A DNA stretch of 64,000 nt. It comes from a virus (lineage: Duplodnaviria > Caudoviricetes). The translations under genes and the position numbers were made by a program. Position 1 is the stretch's first letter. Each line of letters begins with the position of its first letter. The notes under the pieces were generated by a model. It was given only the letters and a program-made list of their open reading frames with translations, did not search any database and was not told the origin of the DNA. This document shows positions 56,359 through 64,000 of the stretch, piece after piece. Location: IMG/VR virus record IMGVR_UViG_3300032227_000993; one strand, given 5' to 3'.

Positions 56359-57414
56359 CTAAATTACTCGGATTTCCACCCGTGTAGCTTGGTTTAGCAC
56401 CCTGAGATTAGGGTTCAAAATTATCAAGTTATCCCCAGTCCATCTTGCTCCGTTGATTAATAGCCCGTTGTAAGCACAGGAATTTCCTCGATGCCCTAGG
56501 GTAAAAATTGCTGGATTATGATACTGTATAGGATCTGGGGTTAAGGTACGTATTTTAAAAGTATCCAGATACAGCACTTCGCCCGATTCTGATAGTAATC
56601 GCATTTCCAGTTGTGGATTACTGTACACCAACTTATTGACTATCAAGGGCCATTTGTGCTGATCATCATAGTAGGCTGTGCCGCCACCGTTGAAGAATCC
56701 TGGAGTATCTACTGTAATCCTACTGGCGCAACCATTCTTGTTTTGAGTTGCTTTTAGGGTATCCCACAATGACTTGATGTAGTCCTGATTTAATCTAATT
56801 GTGTAAGGAACAATCAGTACAGTTTGGCGATTGCTGTCGTGCTCAACTTTGGTTTTTCCTATTTGGATATCAAATGCCCTGCGTGGATAGTCACGCAATA
56901 CTGCGGCAATCAATTGATCACCTGTTTGGCGCTCTTGGTTGAATGATTGTACACTTACTGCGGCACTGGCACCTTCTACTGTTCCGGCCTGTTTGCTTTC
57001 GTTTAGCAGTCGGTTGGCAATGGTAGAACGCTTGAGCCAAACCTTCATGGTAGTTTTAACACCAATGTCAGCGGGCTCTTGTTTTACGATTTCGTATTTG
57101 GTTACATGGGCCGAAGCATACGAAATGATTTCGTCACGGGTTATGCGGTTGTTGTTGACTTCTGTTTCTGAAGCAATGATAGTTCCCACAGCTTGTTCAG
57201 CCGCAATACGGAAGCCATTGTTCCTGGCTTCGCTGACATCTCGCCCTTGGCCCTGTACTTCGATGTAGTAGGTCTTATCTCCTTCAAAGATAATCCATTG
57301 ACCCAAAGATAATGCCACTCCCAAAGGATTGGGCATAAGCATGGCGCCGGTAATAAGTTGTGCCTGTACAGCAAATGATACTGTACAGGCCAGTACTGCT
57401 AATGTGCGTCGCAC
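56359..57414 (-). CDS. exported protein with LPP20/FlgT-N-like domain
   Basis: Signal peptide; VQGQG....EA......A.EQAVG..I.SET. Confidence 0.5.
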   Translation of the reverse strand: MRRTLAVLACTVSFAVQAQLITGAMLMPNPLGVALSLGQWIIFEGDKTYYIEVQGQGRDVSEARNNGFRIAAEQAVGTIIASETEVNNNRITRDEIISYASAHVTKYEIVKQEPADIGVKTTMKVWLKRSTIANRLLNESKQAGTVEGASAAVSVQSFNQERQTGDQLIAAVLRDYPRRAFDIQIGKTKVEHDSNRQTVLIVPYTIRLNQDYIKSLWDTLKATQNKNGCASRITVDTPGFFNGGGTAYYDDQHKWPLIVNKLVYSNPQLEMRLLSESGEVLYLDTFKIRTLTPDPIQYHNPAIFTLGHRGNSCAYNGLLINGARWTGDNLIILNPNLRVLNQATRVEIRVI

Positions 57415-57416
57415 AA

Positions 57417-58139
57417 TTACATCGCCATCATTTTGCCAACTTGGATGCGTACTGCGTTGTTCTTTTTATCCCAACGCATTACAACCATTACAGCCTTGCC
57501 ATCATTGATAATGCTACCTTCTTTGAGATACAAGCCCGATAAAATACCGCGGTTGTTTGATGTGATAGTAGTACGAAGTCTAGAAGCAATCTTGAGTGCG
57601 TTGTTGCGCTCGGCAGTATTTTCCTTGCTGTCTGTAGTACCGTTGGCCATCTTTTGACTTACCTCGGCATCTACCGCTACCAAGTCATCTGCTGTACCAG
57701 TATTGCCTTCGGAAGCACCTGGTTTGTTAGTGGTAAACTTGTTGACGTTGTTGTCTTTGGCGTGTTCCAAATTCTCAGAGATCATGGTAACTGATACTGT
57801 AGAGGTAATGGTTTCTTTGTAGATAAAGTCAATCAGTGACTTCTTGGCTTCTAATTCAGCCACACGATATGCTTCGCGCTCGGCGTTTTGTGAGTTGCCC
57901 CAGGTTGCGGCATAGCCAGTGACCTCAATGGCTTCCACATTACCAAGTAGGCTGTAGATAACCTTGACGCCTTGTTTCTTGAACTCTGAAGCAGCTAGAC
58001 GTTGATCTGCGATTGGCGTTGTAGCACTTGCGCCTGGATCAATTGTTCCGCCTGCGGATAGATTAGTTGGAGTAGAGCTACAACCAATTAGAGTTGCGGC
58101 CAAACCGGACATTGCTACAATTAAAATACGCTTTTTCAT
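57417..58139 (-). CDS. lipoprotein, LPP20-like
   Basis: Lipobox LIGC at residue 20; AYRVAELEAK..L..FI. Confidence 0.6.
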   Translation of the reverse strand: MKKRILIVAMSGLAATLIGCSSTPTNLSAGGTIDPGASATTPIADQRLAASEFKKQGVKVIYSLLGNVEAIEVTGYAATWGNSQNAEREAYRVAELEAKKSLIDFIYKETITSTVSVTMISENLEHAKDNNVNKFTTNKPGASEGNTGTADDLVAVDAEVSQKMANGTTDSKENTAERNNALKIASRLRTTITSNNRGILSGLYLKEGSIINDGKAVMVVMRWDKKNNAVRIQVGKMMAM

Positions 58140-58215
58140 TTGCTACACCTTTGTTAAGTTACTGTACATACAGTTTACAGTATTAGTGGTTATTAGTCAA
58201 ACCTTTTGGTAAAAC

Positions 58216-58243
58216 AAAAAAGGTTCCGGGTAGGAACCTTTTT
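58216..58243. terminator. bidirectional intrinsic terminator
   Basis: AAAAAAGGTTCC-GGGTA-GGAACCTTTTT. Confidence 0.7.
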
Positions 58244-58263
58244 GTAATGATCTTAAATAAATC

Positions 58264-58653
58264 TTAGATCAAAGCTGGGCCAAACTTGTTTTCTACTGCT
58301 GTGTCACCTGGCACAATCATTAACGCAATAATTGCCGCCGCAGATAAGATGTTTAGTAACGGAACAAATAATGTAACTCCGATAACGATTGCCCACGCAC
58401 CTGGGTATCCGATGTCTCGAATTCTTTGACCCATTACAGCCAAATTAACAATGATAATAGCAACACCGCCGGCCATAACAAGCATTGTTAAGAATGTACC
58501 AAATCCACCCAGACTGCTAGATGACATAATAAGCACAATGCCTGCGATCTGAACTGCGAATTGTGCGAGGAAGTACAAAATAAATGACTTACGGTTACGA
58601 CGTGCTGAAAACAACTCTTTATTAAAAATTGAACTCAATACTGGCTTACTCAT
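58264..58653 (-). CDS. DUF805 family membrane protein
   Basis: R..RKSF, QRIRDIG..G.W, G....NKFGP. Confidence 0.8.
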   Translation of the reverse strand: MSKPVLSSIFNKELFSARRNRKSFILYFLAQFAVQIAGIVLIMSSSSLGGFGTFLTMLVMAGGVAIIIVNLAVMGQRIRDIGYPGAWAIVIGVTLFVPLLNILSAAAIIALMIVPGDTAVENKFGPALI

Positions 58654-58733
58654 GTTTACTGCTCCTTTTTAAAATTAAAAATTTACTACAGTTACTACTT
58701 TACTACAAAAAGATTTAAAGGTCAACTGGTCAT

Positions 58734-58763
58734 AAAAAAACCCTACACTAAGTAGGGTTTTTT
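58734..58763. terminator. bidirectional intrinsic terminator
   Basis: AAAAAACCCTAC-ACTAA-GTAGGGTTTTTT. Confidence 0.7.
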
Positions 58764-58782
58764 GTTAGTGTGTACTAACTTA

Positions 58783-59028
58783 TTACTTGATTGCTTTAGT
58801 AAATTGGTTTGTAAACTCTTCAGTTTGCTTTTTAGCAATAGCTGAAATAGAGTTAAAAGCTTCTACTTGAGCGCGAGCAAAGTTACTTACATCGGATGTA
58901 AAATCAACCAAAGTCTTGCTGAGCTCTTTTGGCTCTACATAAGCTAATACAGCTTGTGTGTTCTTTTCAGCTTGGTCAATAAACTTAGCTGGTGCGAATG
59001 CGTCTTGCAATGTTTTAAATAATTCCAT
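58783..59028 (-). CDS. helical hypothetical protein, possibly phasin-like
   Basis: Amphipathic helical 81 aa; AAGGAG RBS. Confidence 0.4.
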   Translation of the reverse strand: MELFKTLQDAFAPAKFIDQAEKNTQAVLAYVEPKELSKTLVDFTSDVSNFARAQVEAFNSISAIAKKQTEEFTNQFTKAIK

Positions 59029-59151
59029 GGTAAATCTCCTTTAAATTAAGCGAGTTTCTGCGTTAGCCCGACCATCGGCACTAACTTGTTTCTCTACTTT
59101 ATTTATCTATTTTATGCGGCAACGCACAAAAAAGCAAGTGCTTTGGACAAA

Positions 59152-59718
59152 TTAGTTTTGTTTAAGTTCGGATACAATTTCGGCATGGTTATTGATTAAC
59201 CAAGTGTAAATGGGGGTGCTGACCTGAATATGCTGTTGACCGTTTTCGCCCATGAATTCGGCCCAGTTTTGGGCACCAACTTTGTCGTCGGCAAAAAATA
59301 CATCTTGCCCTTCCAAGCAATAGTTGATGGGCAAGTCTTCTATGTAGAGTTTTGTCTTGATCATGGCCGTGGCCAGTTGATCAACAGCATAGTTAAAAGT
59401 ATGTGTGTCATTCTTACCCATTAACTTGATGGTTATTGTATGATCCACATCTTCGTGGTCATCGGGTAATTCAGCATTGACAATGATAACGCTAGAACAC
59501 AGCGGGCTACTGGCAATCAACCTAGTGGCATCATACCATGCTTCCACTGTGAGTGTTTCGTAAGGCATATCAAACAGCTTGTGAGATTCTGCTGCTGGCA
59601 CCCATGTTTCCCAGTTGATCATACTGCCTGGTTCAACCGTCAGCAGCAATTTAAATTTTGATACTGTATTGGCCTTGCCTGGATACTGCGCAGGATCTAA
59701 ATTACTTGATGTAGACAT
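59152..59718 (-). CDS. hypothetical protein
   Basis: Start MSTSSN after a GAAGGAG RBS. Confidence 0.6.
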   Translation of the reverse strand: MSTSSNLDPAQYPGKANTVSKFKLLLTVEPGSMINWETWVPAAESHKLFDMPYETLTVEAWYDATRLIASSPLCSSVIIVNAELPDDHEDVDHTITIKLMGKNDTHTFNYAVDQLATAMIKTKLYIEDLPINYCLEGQDVFFADDKVGAQNWAEFMGENGQQHIQVSTPIYTWLINNHAEIVSELKQN

Positions 59719-60727
59719 TAGATTCTCCTTCGCGGTAAAGATCAGCGGTGACGCAATGTATGCCGCCGTCCCAAAAGAATCTATGACGGAACGGTGTGAT
59801 GATAGGCTCAATGTTTTTTGTTTTAAAAAATTCAAACATTTCTTTGTTGTAGTTGTTGACTAGGATCGTATTCTGATTGATCTGTAACATATTAACATCA
59901 AACACAGTTTCAGCCACATACCCTAGCCAGTTGCCCAACCATGTGTCTACAAAATTAGCAAACTCAGGATTATTGTCCTCTTCGGGTATCCACCACTTGT
60001 CAACGTTGCTGTGTTTAAATTTGCGCCAATCGGGTATGGCATTCCAACTTTGATTTTCAATAAACTTAACTTCCCAACCTGGAAATGTGTCTGTGTAGTT
60101 CTCATGATGGTAAGAGCTAACTATCAGCCCTGGACGCACAGGACAAAACACAGCGTCGTTGTGGCCGCCAATCATCACAGGAACAATGGTATGGTCTGGA
60201 AATAACTCGCCCATGTAATCGCCTAACCAAGGATGATCTCTACAGTCTACGATCAAGTGTTGCCCTACAACAGTAACCAAGGGAGCATCAAATGGCAATC
60301 CTGTATTGCGTACAAGTTGGCTTTGATTGATACCCAAACCTGCTATCAAATCTTCAGCCCAGCTCAATTCATCGTTAGACTCAACCATGGTGTTGCCTAC
60401 AATCAGCATACTGTCACGAGGCTGCATGGGAGGGCGAGGTATTAGTGTAAAACTATGCGCATTGTCATAGGTTAGTCGACCATCTGTGTTGACGTAATTC
60501 ATAATGTCTAGTGATGGATCAACATAAGGGCGTTCTACTTTTACACCAAGGTCTTGTAATACTCGAACCAAGTTTACATAATCCTCTTCGGTTTCTCTAG
60601 CAATCTTTTGTAAGGAATCGCGGATACGGCCATCCTTGATTGGTTCGTAAAAGGAGGGCGCATACGATGTTCCTACCCATGCGTGTCGTAGTGGATCCCA
60701 AGGGGCGTTAAAATTAATCGGGTTCAT
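59702..60727 (-). CDS. amidinotransferase (glycine/inosamine-phosphate amidinotransferase family)
   Basis: WDPL...VG, PRD..L.VG, GHND, C-terminal GGIHCVTAD with catalytic Cys. Confidence 0.85.
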   Translation of the reverse strand: MNPINFNAPWDPLRHAWVGTSYAPSFYEPIKDGRIRDSLQKIARETEEDYVNLVRVLQDLGVKVERPYVDPSLDIMNYVNTDGRLTYDNAHSFTLIPRPPMQPRDSMLIVGNTMVESNDELSWAEDLIAGLGINQSQLVRNTGLPFDAPLVTVVGQHLIVDCRDHPWLGDYMGELFPDHTIVPVMIGGHNDAVFCPVRPGLIVSSYHHENYTDTFPGWEVKFIENQSWNAIPDWRKFKHSNVDKWWIPEEDNNPEFANFVDTWLGNWLGYVAETVFDVNMLQINQNTILVNNYNKEMFEFFKTKNIEPIITPFRHRFFWDGGIHCVTADLYREGESNVYIK

Positions 60728-61862
60728 TGAATAGATAGTCTAGACTATTTCCGTAAGTTGTAGTTAATTCTTTATTGGTCAAAAAAGGTAACGATGGTGT
60801 GCGTATCTGACTGCCATCGGCTAGTACACCTATCCAACGCTGATCGTTAACGGCACATTTCTTTGCAATGTAATCTGTAACTTGTGCGCTGTGTGTTTTA
60901 ATCTTAGTTTCGTGCCAATCATCTAATCCATCAAACCTGAAACAATAATCTTTCAAGTACTGCTTCCATGACTTGTAGGAGTTGGTAGGTAGTACATCTT
61001 CAATGTTCCAGTAGATGTAATTTTCGTATTCGTCACAATCAAAGAATCCCTGGAAGCGATCAAGATCAAAGTCCTTGTAATTAAAGAACCAAGGTAACTT
61101 CTGCCACATAACTGAGTTTACTTTACAGGTAGTGTAAAACCACCAGCGAGCGTGTAGTACTGTTTGAATAGGTCGGTCGGCCAGCGTAAAGTGTTGTTCA
61201 CAGAATTCAATAAATTTAGAGTTGGGATTTTTAGATAAAAAGAAATCCTTCCACGGCATACTTAATCCATCATACCCGTATGCTTCAAGAAAACTTTCGT
61301 CAATGCTGGCATTAAGTTCATCACCGCCGTCGCCTGTGACAAACAAACCATCATACTGTTCTGTAAGATAAGTCGTTCCGCTGATATCTACTAATTCTAC
61401 TTCAGCAAAGTTTTTTAAAAAACCCAGGTATTCAGGATGCTCGTAAGTTGAATAAGGAGAATACAAAATGCGTAGCTGTGTTCTATCAGCAAGATGCTTA
61501 AGCAAAGCAGTTGCTGCTGTTGTAGAATCAATACCACCTGACCAGAATAAGTTAATTTTTAAATTAGATTTTTCTATTGATTTAACCCGTGCCTCTAGTG
61601 CTTGCTCTAAAGTCCACTGTTGAGTAGGTGCTGTCCAAGGCCGACGTATCAAGTTATTAAACGGTAATTTAGATCCGCCTGATCTATCTACCGGCATTCC
61701 TCTAGGGTTAGATGAAAATACCGAATTAATATTAACGATATTGTTGTAGCTGGGATAGTTATCAAGTTTAAACAAATATCCAGCAGGAGTGTGCTTTACC
61801 TGTTTACAGACTAGAAATTTTTTAAAATACTCTTCGTTCCATGCGACTAACTGGCTAGGCAT
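60714..61862 (-). CDS. asparagine-synthase-like ATP pyrophosphatase
   Basis: FWSGGIDS PP-loop, TGDGGDEL. Confidence 0.7.
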   Translation of the reverse strand: MPSQLVAWNEEYFKKFLVCKQVKHTPAGYLFKLDNYPSYNNIVNINSVFSSNPRGMPVDRSGGSKLPFNNLIRRPWTAPTQQWTLEQALEARVKSIEKSNLKINLFWSGGIDSTTAATALLKHLADRTQLRILYSPYSTYEHPEYLGFLKNFAEVELVDISGTTYLTEQYDGLFVTGDGGDELNASIDESFLEAYGYDGLSMPWKDFFLSKNPNSKFIEFCEQHFTLADRPIQTVLHARWWFYTTCKVNSVMWQKLPWFFNYKDFDLDRFQGFFDCDEYENYIYWNIEDVLPTNSYKSWKQYLKDYCFRFDGLDDWHETKIKTHSAQVTDYIAKKCAVNDQRWIGVLADGSQIRTPSLPFLTNKELTTTYGNSLDYLFNEPD

Positions 61863-62130
61863 TGCGACTACCTACTTTTTTAAGTTCGGAGGCAATCAAC
61901 GAATCTAAGAAATCAAACGGGTCGTCAGTTTCAAGTAATTCAATTTTTTCTATTATTTGTTGCTCGTAGGCGCAGAGTTGTTTCAGCATACGAAACCTAC
62001 GCATCTTAATTGTAGGATTGGTTGCGTTAGCAATTAGTTCTTCAAGGAGTTTATTTTTTAAAACAACCGATTTATCAAGAAATGACTTCAGGGCAATCAG
62101 TTGGAAAAATAACTGGTTTGTAGTGGGCAT
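61855..62130 (-). CDS. hypothetical protein
   Basis: ATG 5 nt after TAAATA. Confidence 0.6.
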   Translation of the reverse strand: MPTTNQLFFQLIALKSFLDKSVVLKNKLLEELIANATNPTIKMRRFRMLKQLCAYEQQIIEKIELLETDDPFDFLDSLIASELKKVGSRNA

Positions 62131-62167
62131 GGAGATATTTAAGCAATCTATCTACTGCTTGAATATT

Positions 62168-62881
62168 TTATTGAACTTCGTTACGGATTGACAATAATTT
62201 TAAATTTTTAAATATTTGTATGTACAACCAACCAAGATCAAATTCAAACCACTTGCGGCTTAGTTTAGGATCAGCTGGGTTAGCATGATGATTGTTGTGT
62301 AGTTCTTCGCCGCCAATAACAATACCCCACGGTACTAAGTTAGTAGATTTATCTTTGGTATCAGTATTACGATAGCCAAACCAATGTCCGTAACCGTTGA
62401 CTACACCAGCAGCCCAAAACGGAATCCAAATCATCTGTACACCCCACACTAACCAGCCCCATAGGTGAAAGAAATACAAGTCTATTAATAGCATGATAAG
62501 GATGCCTAATCTGCTATGCTTGCTGTACAAATTACGCTCGAGCCAATCGTCAGGGGTGCCGACTCCGTATGACTGTACCATAGCACGATCTTTGCCAGCC
62601 TGGTTGTACAGTAATGCTCCCTTCCACATGACAGTATTGATACCTTGTACGTGTGGGGAATGTGGATCGCCGTCTTGCTCGGTGAATCTGTGATGCTTAC
62701 GGTGGATAGCTACCCATTGCTTTGTGACCATGCCAGTTGTTAGCCAAAGCCAGAAGCGCATAAAGTGTTCTAGGATAGGATTAAAAGTAATACTACGATG
62801 TGCTTGTCCACGATGTAAATAAACAGTAACACAGATAATAGTGATGTGCGTCATCACCAACGTTGCGATAAGTGCGTTCAT
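62168..62881 (-). CDS. membrane fatty acid desaturase (DesA/delta-9 type)
   Basis: His boxes HRGQAH, HRKHH, HNNHH. Confidence 0.92.
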   Translation of the reverse strand: MNALIATLVMTHITIICVTVYLHRGQAHRSITFNPILEHFMRFWLWLTTGMVTKQWVAIHRKHHRFTEQDGDPHSPHVQGINTVMWKGALLYNQAGKDRAMVQSYGVGTPDDWLERNLYSKHSRLGILIMLLIDLYFFHLWGWLVWGVQMIWIPFWAAGVVNGYGHWFGYRNTDTKDKSTNLVPWGIVIGGEELHNNHHANPADPKLSRKWFEFDLGWLYIQIFKNLKLLSIRNEVQ

Positions 62882-62899
62882 AGTATTATACTTATCGTA

Positions 62900-63457
62900 T
62901 TATCCGTTAATCTCAGCAAAAGGACGCCAAGCGTTACGAAGATTCATAAAGAATATGTTCTTATTAGCGGTCATGGCTTCCTGTGCGTAGGTGAGCAAAC
63001 TAGGGGGCGGAACATGGGTTATAGATTCTACATCACCGTAATTTTCGTGTAGTTCCAATCCGTGTTTAGAAGCCAAATGCTTCATGGCATTATTGCGGTT
63101 TAGGCAATGTAGGTACAGCGTATCAAACCCACGATTTTGTATCCACGTAATAGCTTCCGACATTAACTGATCTGCTATGCCCTGATGACGATGGTCTTCT
63201 GCTACCATGATACCAAACTCCATATCCTTATCAGATATACGGGCCATATGAATAACACCCACCCATTTATCACCTTGTGCAGCTACCAAAAAGTAGTGCT
63301 CTTCAGGATTGCTTGCAATACCGTCCACTAGTGAGTTAATAAACGTAGGGCTAACTGCGATACCAAAATAAGTGGCCAGCGTTTCTGCTGATTGCTCACG
63401 CAACCAATTGCCATACAGTTCAAAATCCTGTATGGGTAAGAAACGTGTGGCTATCAT
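62900..63457 (-). CDS. GNAT family acetyltransferase
   Basis: EFGIMVAEDHRHQGIA.QLM, N.AM..LA.K.G. Confidence 0.85.
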   Translation of the reverse strand: MIATRFLPIQDFELYGNWLREQSAETLATYFGIAVSPTFINSLVDGIASNPEEHYFLVAAQGDKWVGVIHMARISDKDMEFGIMVAEDHRHQGIADQLMSEAITWIQNRGFDTLYLHCLNRNNAMKHLASKHGLELHENYGDVESITHVPPPSLLTYAQEAMTANKNIFFMNLRNAWRPFAEING

Positions 63458-63573
63458 TATCTGTAGCAGGCCTGTGCTTCTTTGATTTTGCCGTTACGGG
63501 CTAGGTTAGCTGCATACTTGGCTTTACCGCAAGCATAGAAAAAACTGTAGATTGAATTGATAATTTTTGACAT
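63457..63573 (-). CDS. small hypothetical protein
   Basis: AGGAG RBS, TAATG coupling. Confidence 0.55.
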   Translation of the reverse strand: MSKIINSIYSFFYACGKAKYAANLARNGKIKEAQACYR

Positions 63574-63701
63574 TTTGTGTCTCCTTTTGTTTATGTAGAT
63601 ACTCATGGTTTCTACTGAGTATTTATGCTGTGTTGCCACAAAGATTATTAAAGTCTCATTGCAATAGTAGGCATACTAAATACACTACAAGGAGAATTAC
63701 T

Positions 63702-63875
63702 ATGTTAAAATTTATCACTAACTTATTCAATAAGAAACCGGTGGCGCCTACTGCTCCTACCCCTTACAAGATCGAGACTCCGGTTGCTGAATCTAAGCCA
63801 GTTAAAGTGGCCAAACCTAAGGCAGAAAAGAAACCTGCTGTTAAAAAAACAACTACTCGTAAGCCTAAGGCTTAA
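63702..63875 (+). CDS. small Lys/Pro/Ala-rich basic protein
   Basis: TAAATA promoter, AAGGAG RBS, KPAVKKTTTRKPKA tail. Confidence 0.65.
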   Translation: MLKFITNLFNKKPVAPTAPTPYKIETPVAESKPVKVAKPKAEKKPAVKKTTTRKPKA

Positions 63876-64000
63876 TGTTGTAGGAAGTATCGTACAAGTC
63901 CGACACCATCAATAACGACTAGGAACACGGAATTGGCCATTAGGCCAAAACTCCGTCTAGTCCAGCAAGCCCAGGCGCTTGCTACACATCCTGAAATAAA
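63872..64000 (-). CDS. 3' end of a membrane protein, truncated by the window edge
   Basis: ...WACWTRRSFGLMANSVFLVVIDGVGLVRYFLQH*. Confidence 0.5.
   Translation of the reverse strand, partial: FISGCVASAWACWTRRSFGLMANSVFLVVIDGVGLVRYFLQH

Noticed and set aside
1-64000. Alternative genetic code (TAG/TGA recoding) as in some jumbo phages
   Set aside because: Long genes are uninterrupted in the standard code, and TAG and TGA serve as real stops (e.g. 35085, 39991, 12959).

Overview
A 64-kb slice of a large tailed dsDNA phage with T4-like organisation, in standard genetic code. It probably infects a Gram-negative proteobacterium, inferred from the ErpA, ClpP, TolC, desaturase and LpxH-like genes. 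Most genes are on the minus strand. The window contains: (i) a DnaE fragment and a baseplate/tail block (1-7.3 kb); (ii) many host-like auxiliary genes (ErpA, SOD, IF-1, FkbM, SleB-type hydrolase, Hc1-like protein, rubrerythrin, an unannotated rubredoxin, GT4, LpxH-like, GroES, two ClpP, radical SAM, two asparagine-synthase-like proteins, an amidinotransferase, a desaturase, GNAT); (iii) a 14-kb plus-strand island of tail-fibre/adhesin genes (28-42 kb); (iv) a four-gene nuclease/methyltransferase island (44-48 kb); (v) an early-promoter-rich, partly non-coding region near 48.5-52.5 kb that may be a genome end or origin. The top finding is an apparently complete phage-encoded type I secretion operon (12959-18183): a Cys-free GH113-like TIM-barrel passenger that seems to lack the catalytic glutamates, a PrtD ABC transporter, an unusually short HlyD adaptor and TolC. 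Also notable are a ~270-nt structured leader in front of the cell-wall hydrolase, frequent leaderless gene starts, a T4-style hairpin over a late RBS, and a repeated early-promoter cassette with a palindromic operator. No tRNA, CRISPR array or transposase was recognised. All family calls come from motif recognition by eye, not database searches.
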